Positions 8,741 through 16,778 of a DNA stretch of 34,700 bases are shown here, piece by piece; the first letter of the stretch is position 1; each line of letters begins with the position of its first letter. The notes under the pieces were generated by a model, which had not been told where the DNA came from, did no database searches, and saw only the letters and a program-made list of their open reading frames with translations. The stretch is from Candidatus Kapaibacterium sp. (GTDB taxonomy: Bacteria; Bacteroidota; Ignavibacteria; Kapaibacteriales; Kapaibacteriaceae): NCBI GenBank assembly GCA_038202665.1, contig JBBRES010000003.1, positions 1-34,700 of the forward strand, in the 5' to 3' direction. A program made the translations under genes and the position numbers.

Positions 8741-9804
8741 TCTGTGACGGCGTTCGCAACACGCTCAACAGACAGGTGGTCCATGCACTGATAATCAGGA
8801 TTCGTGCATGCATGTTTGAAGTAGCACGTGCACGGTTTATCGGGTTGCAGCAAAATGCCTCTACCGTACAACTCGAATTCATGCGGATTGAAGATGTTGT
8901 TCATCAACACCACGCGTTTGCGTAAGCCAATGGCTGCGTGAAGCCCCATCGTTACCGTGGTAACAACTGCATCGCATGCATTGACGAGAGCAAAGAACTT
9001 CTTGATCGAGAATGTACCGGGATAGTATGCACCAGTTGTGGTAGCAATCGATGCATTGCGTTCATGTTCGGCCGGACCTCCGAGAAGTACCACTCTGCAA
9101 CCGCGTGCAGTAAGGATCAGCACGAGTTCTTCCCACGAGGTGAGTGGCCACTCACGCGCAACCCAACGGTCGCCACAGCCTGTATTCAAGCCTATGAGAG
9201 GTCCGTTGCCACTGGGAAGGGGGCAAGGCGCTGGACCCGGATCGTCGATCACATACTCTTGTTTCGCATACGGTAGGTTACAGATCGCGTAAATCTCTTC
9301 GGGATACGAGAGTGTGTTTTTCTGATTCACATCATCAAACAAACCCGTCAGGAATTTTGGAACGGCTCGGTCATCCACAGGATGTGGACGTCCATTCTCC
9401 CACGTATAGCCAAAGCGCGTCTGTGCGGTAACAGAGGCCATGATGGCGCATGCATGCGGGTCTTTGTCGAGGTTAATCACAACATCGAACGACGTTGCTT
9501 GAATCGTCAGCACATTCTCCAGCGTAAACGCCATCCGTTTATGCACGCTTAGCGGAAGCACATCCACTGCCTGCGTCAGCCACCAAATCTCACGCTCGGG
9601 GTAGCGTTCTTGGAGGGCGGAAAGGAGCGGGGTGGTACGGATCACATCGCCCGTTGCGGCGAGTTTGATGATCAGAATTCGACCAGTGATTTTGTCGTAC
9701 TGCGGGCACCCATCACAATGAACTCCAAGTTCCTTATGTGGTGTACATGGCACGTCGCCACGGAAATGAGAACAGTCGGAATGGATCACCATCGATGAGC
9801 TCAT
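8731..9804 (-). CDS. Glycosyltransferase family 9 (heptosyltransferase-like)
   Basis: ILIIKLAATGDVIRTTPLL, REWP, LLGGPAE and VTTVTMGLHAAIGL (a DTG-x-xH variant). Confidence 0.88.
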   Translation of the reverse strand: MSSSMVIHSDCSHFRGDVPCTPHKELGVHCDGCPQYDKITGRILIIKLAATGDVIRTTPLLSALQERYPEREIWWLTQAVDVLPLSVHKRMAFTLENVLTIQATSFDVVINLDKDPHACAIMASVTAQTRFGYTWENGRPHPVDDRAVPKFLTGLFDDVNQKNTLSYPEEIYAICNLPYAKQEYVIDDPGPAPCPLPSGNGPLIGLNTGCGDRWVAREWPLTSWEELVLILTARGCRVVLLGGPAEHERNASIATTTGAYYPGTFSIKKFFALVNACDAVVTTVTMGLHAAIGLRKRVVLMNNIFNPHEFELYGRGILLQPDKPCTCYFKHACTNPDYQCMDHLSVERVANAVTDYL

Positions 9805-9805
9805 A

Positions 9806-10552
9806 TTAGAGACGCACTTGGATCATGAACGTAAAGTTCACTTGCCATACCAGACTTTCCGGGCCTTCGTTTCGACGATCAGTTGTGAGGAGTTCACCAC
9901 GACCGCCCTCTGATGTCTGCTTCATGTCTCGTCCTATGAAGTTCACAGCACCAAGGCCAACACTCGTATTGAGGAATACCGGATAGTAGATCTCGCCTTC
10001 TATTCCGATTCGCGCGAGCGCACCTAAGCGAAACACGTCGGGCTTTGTTGGAATCGTTTTATTGACCGTTGGAACACCGTTGGCATACGTGTACACAAAC
10101 TGCAGCTCGTTATTGGTGAACATCGTTCCTCGGAGTTCAACCCCAGAGTACACTCGCGCATACGCGAGAGGGAATTCAAGAAACGAATACTCGAACCCCG
10201 CGAGCACGGTGTATGCTTGGTTTGTGTGTTTGAGAAACACCGTGTTAAAAGTTGCCGCCCACGATTGGGCACCGGTATAGGACGTATAGTCGAAGCCGAA
10301 CGGCACGCGGAAGGTTTTCTGCTTGTCAAGATCTGCATACGCACGAATGCCCCATCCAAACTGCATACCATCAAACGAGCCGCCCGTTGGAACCGTTGAG
10401 TCTTCGCCCACTAAACGGTACGTTGCGGGGTTATCGTTGACAATCCATTGCGTTGACAAACCGGTTCCGACTCGAAACCGAACTTGGGCATCAACGCTTG
10501 TGGCGAACGCAAGTGTTGCAAACACCACGAACAAGAAAATGCTGAACTTCAT
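9806..10552 (-). CDS. Putative outer-membrane beta-barrel protein
   Basis: Signal peptide ending VDA-Q, alternating aromatic/Gly strands and terminal strand VNFTFMIQVRL. Confidence 0.7.
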   Translation of the reverse strand: MKFSIFLFVVFATLAFATSVDAQVRFRVGTGLSTQWIVNDNPATYRLVGEDSTVPTGGSFDGMQFGWGIRAYADLDKQKTFRVPFGFDYTSYTGAQSWAATFNTVFLKHTNQAYTVLAGFEYSFLEFPLAYARVYSGVELRGTMFTNNELQFVYTYANGVPTVNKTIPTKPDVFRLGALARIGIEGEIYYPVFLNTSVGLGAVNFIGRDMKQTSEGGRGELLTTDRRNEGPESLVWQVNFTFMIQVRL

Positions 10553-10555
10553 AGG

Positions 10556-11587
10556 CTATACTCGTTCTCGAATGCTATAACGCTGAGTTTCAAGGGAGTT
10601 CTTTACGATAAGCTCACCAATCAGACCTATTGAAATGAGCTGAACACCAACAATGATCATGGCAACACCAAACAGAGCGAGGGGACGCTGACTCAGTGAG
10701 GTAAGTCCCAAGAACCACTCTATCACGAGGTAGAGATCTGTTGCAAATCCAACAACCGCAATGAGTGACCCAACAGTTCCAAAGAAGTGCAATGGGCGCT
10801 TGACGTAGCGCGTGGTAAACATCACCGTTAGGAGGTCGAGAAATCCCTTGAGAAATCTACTTGCTCCAAACTTCGATGTACCATACTTGCGGGAATGATG
10901 TAAAACGGGGATCTCCGTTACACGAAAACCTTCCCAATGGGCAAGGGCAGGTATGTAGCGATGCATTTCGCCGTACACCTGCACGGTGTCTACGACTTCA
11001 CGACGGTACCCTTTGAGGCCACAGTTGAAATCATGCAACTTAATGCCACTCATCATCGATGTGACGGCATTGAAGAGTTTCGACGGTATCGTTTTATGCA
11101 ACGGGTCATGTCGTTTTCGTTTCCAACCAGAAACGAGATCAAATCCTTCATCGAGCTTTGAGATCAAGGCAGGAATCTCGTTCGGATCGTCTTGCAGATC
11201 TGCATCCATCGTGATAACGATATCTCCGGTCACTTCTGCGAACCCCACTGCAAGTGCAGCGGACTTCCCATAGTTACGCCGAAAACGAATCGCCTTGAAC
11301 TTTTGGTTTTTCGAATGGATATCGCGGATGACGTTGAACGATGCATCCGTTGAACCATCGTCTATGAAGATCACTTCGTAGTTGTTGCGCGTGACTCTGT
11401 CGAGCACTTGCTCGAGTTGACGTGAGAGTTCTGGCAGTGACTCTTCTTCATTCAGCAATGGAATCACAACGCTTACTTTTTTAGCAGTGAGCGTTGGAAC
11501 AGTTCCGCCGCCGTCTCTACGCTGTTCATTGCGCGGTCGGTACCGTCGTCGTCTGTTTCGCTGTTGGTCGTTGTTCTCTTCACTCAT
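10556..11587 (-). CDS. Polyprenyl-phosphate glycosyltransferase, GT2 (ArnC/Dpm1/GtrB-like)
   Basis: VSVVIPLLNEEESL, IDDGSTD, RNYGKSAAL, MDADLQDDP, DFNCGLK, HRYIP and two C-terminal TM helices. Start moved to ATG 11587. Confidence 0.92.
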   Translation of the reverse strand: MSEENNDQQRNRRRRYRPRNEQRRDGGGTVPTLTAKKVSVVIPLLNEEESLPELSRQLEQVLDRVTRNNYEVIFIDDGSTDASFNVIRDIHSKNQKFKAIRFRRNYGKSAALAVGFAEVTGDIVITMDADLQDDPNEIPALISKLDEGFDLVSGWKRKRHDPLHKTIPSKLFNAVTSMMSGIKLHDFNCGLKGYRREVVDTVQVYGEMHRYIPALAHWEGFRVTEIPVLHHSRKYGTSKFGASRFLKGFLDLLTVMFTTRYVKRPLHFFGTVGSLIAVVGFATDLYLVIEWFLGLTSLSQRPLALFGVAMIIVGVQLISIGLIGELIVKNSLETQRYSIRERV

Positions 11588-11594
11588 GATGCGA

Positions 11595-12371
11595 CTACTG
11601 CTTAATGAATAGAGATCGTGCTGTACTTCCGTCGGCATGCGTTAGCGCGAGAACGTACGAAGCCGTAGCCAAGTGTGCTGTGTTCACACGCAGGTCTGAC
11701 CCTTCCGCCGTTCCGCCTTCTATAGCACGTCCTTGGAGATCGTACACGGTGTACGAACGTAACGGGGCCGAAGCCTTGACGTACACAACGTCTGTACATG
11801 GCTGTGGGAACACCGATACTGATTGTTCTGCTTTCTCATGCACGGTCAACGTCGTGGTGTTATACCACACAAGGAGCTTGAAAAGGGTAATGCTTGGGTT
11901 CACGATTTCCAGGCTTGCATTCGGCACAAGCTTGGCCTTTGCAACGTTGTCTGGGAAGTCTGTGTACCCGTCAACAATCCAAGCAGAATCGATCAGTTCC
12001 GGAAGCGGTGTCAACCACGTCCAATTCAACGTCCCGCCATCCCAGTTTACTTGGAGTTTGTACTCCTCGCGGTAGGCCGTACCTGGTGCAAGGTATCGAA
12101 AGTCACGCGGACTCAACCAGATAACCTCTTCAGTAGGAGGAGCGCTCCACACATAGAAGATTCCAGAAGGAAGCGGCAATGTAGGGATCTCGATCTCGTT
12201 GAGAGCGGAATCCACGCCTGCCGTTCCCAGTCTGCTTGCTCCAAGGAACATCGTATAGCTCTTCGATCCGTTAGGCGTTGTATTCTTTGCAGTCAACGCA
12301 ATCGTTGGAGTTTGTGCAAAGGATGCCACGGACGTGAGGAGAGTGAAGGCGGCAAGGACGTAGAGCTTCAT
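11595..12371 (-). CDS. Secreted protein with T9SS type A C-terminal sorting domain
   Basis: Signal peptide ending SFA-Q; CTD VFPQP...VYDLQGR...LATASYVL...LFIKQ. Confidence 0.85.
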   Translation of the reverse strand: MKLYVLAAFTLLTSVASFAQTPTIALTAKNTTPNGSKSYTMFLGASRLGTAGVDSALNEIEIPTLPLPSGIFYVWSAPPTEEVIWLSPRDFRYLAPGTAYREEYKLQVNWDGGTLNWTWLTPLPELIDSAWIVDGYTDFPDNVAKAKLVPNASLEIVNPSITLFKLLVWYNTTTLTVHEKAEQSVSVFPQPCTDVVYVKASAPLRSYTVYDLQGRAIEGGTAEGSDLRVNTAHLATASYVLALTHADGSTARSLFIKQ

Positions 12372-12397
12372 GTGGTGACGTTGGATCGTGTTGGAAT

Positions 12398-12428
12398 AAA
12401 AAAAAGGCAGCAGTTTCCTGCTGCCTTT
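12398..12428 (-). terminator. Strong intrinsic terminator after the 1031-aa gene (possibly bidirectional)
   Basis: Minus strand reads AAAGGCAGCAG-GAAA-CTGCTGCC then T8, 19 nt after the stop. The plus strand also has a T-rich tail. Confidence 0.92.
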
Positions 12429-12447
12429 CTTTTGAAATCGCCATTGT

Positions 12448-15400
12448 TTAGCGGACGATCGTCACCGTAGAGGTGAAGATGTTGCCACCGTTGCTGAGCT
12501 TCACGATATAACGACCGGCAGGAAGAGCAGCAGCATTGAGATCTGCGCTATACATACCCATCGTCATGTCTGTGTCCACCATCGTGGCCACGAGCTCACC
12601 AACTGCATTGTAAAGACCTAGAGTAACACGGCCATTGTTTACAACTGTGTAGTTCACGGCAGCCGTTTGTGCGACTGGGTTTGGAGCTACTGCAACTGTA
12701 AGTGTGTTGGCGCCAACTTCTTCGGCCATAAGGCGAATCGCTGGTGTGTTGCTATTGTCAATCTTGATTGTATTCGTAACGCCGGACTTTACTGAACCAA
12801 GGATCGAACCTGTCACTGCGTTAACCACAGTATAGTTGCGATCTGGATAGTTCATTGTCAACGACATTGGGAACGAAACACCTTGCAAGTTGATCACTGG
12901 ATTCACAACATCTTCTACATACATGTTCGTGCTGAAGCGAACATCGAAGAGGTTTAGTGGAGCAACTGGAGGCAATTCGAACATTTCACGTGCTTCAACC
13001 TTCGTACGCTCTGCAAGGTAGAGATTCGTTGACTTGCCGCTTACGTCGTTGATCGACACTTGTGTTGCACCAGCGAGAACGCTGTTGCGAGCTGAAGTCA
13101 TGTTGATACCGGTCTTCCTGTTGGAACGAGCCGACATCATCAAGTATCCGTGACCGCTGATCTTCAACCAGTGACCACGACCTGGTACGACTTCAGTAAT
13201 CGCCTCATAACCACGATCGGTGTTATAGCGATAGATGTCACCCAAGATCTCCGCACCTGTCGAACTGATGGCCAAGAGGCTGACTGCTTCTACGCTGATA
13301 GGTGTAGACAACGAACCGATCGTGTTCCAACCATCAAACAGTTCTGTAGGATACGTCTTATCATCGATGCGCGTGATACGAACACCGGCGATTGTCTTAT
13401 CAATCTCGTCTGCATACTTGATGAAGTAGCCAATACCTGGCTTCACTGTCTGGTTCTGCTGGTACGCGCTCTGTGAGAAGAACACTGGAATGTTGAGCGC
13501 CTTCTTAAAGACGTCACGATAGAATGCCGATGATGGATTCACAGGAACCGAGAGAAGGTTCCAACCCTTGTTGATAACAGGGAAGGACACAACCTTTGGA
13601 AGTGTGTACTCGATAGCGAACGCTGTGATGTCTGCATCACGAATCGTAAAGGAGTACTTCGTTCCACCTAGGTTCGTTGCTTGACGCATGTTCACGTTGA
13701 AGCGCTCACCATTCAGAATATCACGGATGAACAGATCAGATCCCGCAGGGAAATCATCTGTATCCCATGATACTACGATTGGATAGTTAAGAGCGCTACC
13801 TGCGCTGAAGCGGCAGATGTAGACAAGTGTTGTGTCCGAATAGATGTTCCGAATGTCGCGCGAGGAGAACTTCGGACGGCTTGTGCTAGCAGACCACAGA
13901 TCACCAAGACCGAACTGATAGATATCATTTCCATCTGGCGTTTGCGGATACCAACGTGCACCGAATCCATTCAATGCGTTTTGATATACGGTTTCGCCGA
14001 ACAGTGTGTCTACGGAGTCACGAGCGCGGGCTCCAACTCCGAAGATGATATTCGTACGTTCGATAGGATTGTTCGAGTTACGAAGCTCAACACGGATACC
14101 ACGAGTTGGACCGGAAGGTCCAGCTTGCCATTGGTTGCTCTCGTCGAACTGACTTGGCTCGAATGGTGGGCGGAAGTAGATGAACGTAACCTTCATGCGC
14201 ACTGGGGAAACGTCCGCCGAGTACGAAGAGAACGTCAAATATCCGATGTAAACGCCTGCTACCTCGCCGCCTTCACCAACTGCTAGTTCAGCTGGGTCGC
14301 AAATCACACGCATGTTTAGGTCACGCTGCAATACGGTTGCATTACCAAGTGGGTCTGTACCGTTCGTCGTTCCAAGGATACCCTTGTCGAGATACGATAC
14401 GAAACCTTGACGAACTGGATTTGGGAATGGGTTTACTTCACCCGATCCACCCTTGGTGAACGACTTGAATTTCAACCACTTTGAATCGGATTGGACGAAG
14501 ATGTCTGTCAAACGTGAACCAGCGGTAGCATTGATAACATCAATGTCACGTGTACCGATTCCATTTACAGCGTCATCATATGTTGAACCAGAGTCCAGAG
14601 TTACTGGATCTACGATAAACCATTGTTGGTTATTCGAATTGTCTACAGAGTCTGCAATACGGAAACGGCGATCTGAAACGCTTGTAAACGTAAAGCGTGG
14701 AATCTCGTCCGTTACTTCCAACCAAACCATGCCGAAGCGTGATGGACGAAGTGGGTCGCGAACTTGCTCTTGCTGGTTAGCGTCGACGTAGTAGTTGTCT
14801 ACGCCGCCGAGACCAGAGTAGCGGCCTGGAACTGGATCGTTCGGGAACGCAAGTTCCTTGCCAACTTGGAAGTCGTTGTAATACAGTGTGTCGTTTGTAA
14901 GGATGAGCGGAGTACGCGCACTTACCGGATTCGAAGCTGGGTTAGCCAAGACTCGGAAACGCATGTAGAACATCTCAACGAACGGACGCTGGTCACAAGC
15001 ATCTGCTGAATTTCCTGTCTGTGGAAGTGCCTTTGGCGAGATACCAGTAATCAAGACACGCTTACCACGCAAGCGGTTCTGGATTGGACTGTTAATCACG
15101 TTCTGATACGAGGTGTCTCTCGACACGTTCGTTGCAAACTCAAAGTCTTTAGCAAGGCAGCCGATAGGCATAGCTTGGTTACCACGAAGTGGACCATTCT
15201 TATCGATCCCTACGAACTCGACAGCCGTGCTATCGAATTGTACTTTGATCTTAAAGCTGTAGATCGGGAAAGCCTTGTACGTGGCTGTTGTGCGCCAGCA
15301 GTTCTTAATAAAAACTGGCACCAAAATCTCACGTACGCCATTGGCACCACTACGTGGCGCCCAGATGCGGCCGTCCGGGTAGTACGTTTGGTTCCAACCG

Positions 15401-15543
15401 GCGCCTTGGCCCGTCAGGGTAAGCGTCGGAATCTCGACCGCTTGGGCGTGTGCCCATTGCGACCCGATACCTGTCAACGCTGCAAACAAGAGAATAACGC
15501 CAATCTTGGCGCTACTTCCCCATAGAGCATATCGACGATTCAT
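12448..15543 (-). CDS. Large T9SS-secreted multidomain protein with N-terminal cohesin-like module
   Basis: GAGGAG RBS and signal peptide ending AHA-Q. Cohesin-like ILVPVFIKN...IYSFKIKVQFDSTAVEFVGI...MFYMRFRV...TPLIL. GWN duplicated module. CTD VAPNP...LYNAVGELV...LPAGRYIVKL...TIVR. Confidence 0.85.
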   Translation of the reverse strand: MNRRYALWGSSAKIGVILLFAALTGIGSQWAHAQAVEIPTLTLTGQGAGWNQTYYPDGRIWAPRSGANGVREILVPVFIKNCWRTTATYKAFPIYSFKIKVQFDSTAVEFVGIDKNGPLRGNQAMPIGCLAKDFEFATNVSRDTSYQNVINSPIQNRLRGKRVLITGISPKALPQTGNSADACDQRPFVEMFYMRFRVLANPASNPVSARTPLILTNDTLYYNDFQVGKELAFPNDPVPGRYSGLGGVDNYYVDANQQEQVRDPLRPSRFGMVWLEVTDEIPRFTFTSVSDRRFRIADSVDNSNNQQWFIVDPVTLDSGSTYDDAVNGIGTRDIDVINATAGSRLTDIFVQSDSKWLKFKSFTKGGSGEVNPFPNPVRQGFVSYLDKGILGTTNGTDPLGNATVLQRDLNMRVICDPAELAVGEGGEVAGVYIGYLTFSSYSADVSPVRMKVTFIYFRPPFEPSQFDESNQWQAGPSGPTRGIRVELRNSNNPIERTNIIFGVGARARDSVDTLFGETVYQNALNGFGARWYPQTPDGNDIYQFGLGDLWSASTSRPKFSSRDIRNIYSDTTLVYICRFSAGSALNYPIVVSWDTDDFPAGSDLFIRDILNGERFNVNMRQATNLGGTKYSFTIRDADITAFAIEYTLPKVVSFPVINKGWNLLSVPVNPSSAFYRDVFKKALNIPVFFSQSAYQQNQTVKPGIGYFIKYADEIDKTIAGVRITRIDDKTYPTELFDGWNTIGSLSTPISVEAVSLLAISSTGAEILGDIYRYNTDRGYEAITEVVPGRGHWLKISGHGYLMMSARSNRKTGINMTSARNSVLAGATQVSINDVSGKSTNLYLAERTKVEAREMFELPPVAPLNLFDVRFSTNMYVEDVVNPVINLQGVSFPMSLTMNYPDRNYTVVNAVTGSILGSVKSGVTNTIKIDNSNTPAIRLMAEEVGANTLTVAVAPNPVAQTAAVNYTVVNNGRVTLGLYNAVGELVATMVDTDMTMGMYSADLNAAALPAGRYIVKLSNGGNIFTSTVTIVR

Positions 15544-15573
15544 AAGAACTCCTCTGATGAGTAGAATTACTGT

Positions 15574-16770
15574 TCATTTCATTACCATTTTCAATCTGAT
15601 CACTCCACCACATTGCATCTGTACGAGTACAGGTGCATTTGGAAGATGATCACCGGTGATCACCATAGTCTGTTGATCGCCACGTGGAACGAATGGAATT
15701 CGTTCGCCCAACAACGTGAACACTTCTACTGACTCTGGTTGCCCATGAAGAGACTGGATGATGATGTCACCACCAATTGTGGTGCACCATGCAGTCCCTT
15801 CATCAACAACCGTCTGAAACACTGACGTTGCCAACGTCTTATTCTTAATCTCACATGTACTCATCGTGTCTGTGTTCTTGGCAACTCGACAATAACAACT
15901 GTCAACAATTCTAGTAGTTACATGAACAATTGCTCGCTTACTACTGTCGTTCGTTAGTGAACGGATACTTACTCGAAACTCTGTCGCAACGCTCTGTGCT
16001 TTCACAGTCCAAACGAATGTCGATGTGTCGGATGTCAGAACAGTCGAGATCAATGTAAACGTCGTGTCCGGTACTAATGGTTGAATACTGTCGATTGTAA
16101 AAGCTCCCGCATGTACCATTTGCAGCGTGCACTCTACAAGACCCTTTGTGATTCCTGGCATTTTCAACGTTAGTGGTAAGGATATCGATGAGTCCTTTCC
16201 AGAAACGATGTAGTTGCGTTGTTGGAACACTGAAGCGATATCGTCAGTGACTGTTCCCTTTGCGATCGTTCTCACGATGCCAGAAACGCTGTTTGAATAC
16301 TGTCGACGAAACTCACTGTTAAAGAGAACCTCGTCAAGTGAAACAGTGCTCGTATCTCCGCAGCCGCCTTTGAACTGCCCTTGAAAAGCAATCAGCGGTA
16401 GGTTTCCTCTTGCATGCTTTAAGATGGATGCTCCACCAGCATAGCAAACGCCGCCTTGATCCTTTGGACGCCAGACCGGACCGAGATCGCTCATTTGAGC
16501 AGCAAGTGTGCCTGTCGTAAGCATGTCTGTAAAGACAAGCTTAGTTGTGTCGTACTTTAAAAAGATGTCAAAGGACATGAGTGAGTCTGAAAAGTAGATC
16601 TCGCCAAGGTTGACGTAGATCAAGAACTTCTGATCACTCTGCGAAGAGCAAACATTAATCGTCTGCTGTGATGCAATGACGAGTGTGTCCGCGGCTGCCG
16701 AGGGTAAGCTGCTGACCGCCCAAAGGACGGTCAGCAGACTTATGATCCTCAACAATTTTTCAATCAACAC
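15574..16770 (-). CDS. Secreted protein with cohesin-like module and degenerate T9SS CTD
   Basis: GTG start and signal peptide. FLIYVNLGE...LMSFDIFLKYDTTKLVFTDMLTTGTLA...LIAFQGQF...VSLDEVLFN follows the cohesin pattern. C-terminal VEVFTLLGERI...LKMVMK resembles a CTD. Confidence 0.78.
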   Translation of the reverse strand: MLIEKLLRIISLLTVLWAVSSLPSAAADTLVIASQQTINVCSSQSDQKFLIYVNLGEIYFSDSLMSFDIFLKYDTTKLVFTDMLTTGTLAAQMSDLGPVWRPKDQGGVCYAGGASILKHARGNLPLIAFQGQFKGGCGDTSTVSLDEVLFNSEFRRQYSNSVSGIVRTIAKGTVTDDIASVFQQRNYIVSGKDSSISLPLTLKMPGITKGLVECTLQMVHAGAFTIDSIQPLVPDTTFTLISTVLTSDTSTFVWTVKAQSVATEFRVSIRSLTNDSSKRAIVHVTTRIVDSCYCRVAKNTDTMSTCEIKNKTLATSVFQTVVDEGTAWCTTIGGDIIIQSLHGQPESVEVFTLLGERIPFVPRGDQQTMVITGDHLPNAPVLVQMQCGGVIRLKMVMK

Positions 16771-16778
16771 GTAACGAC

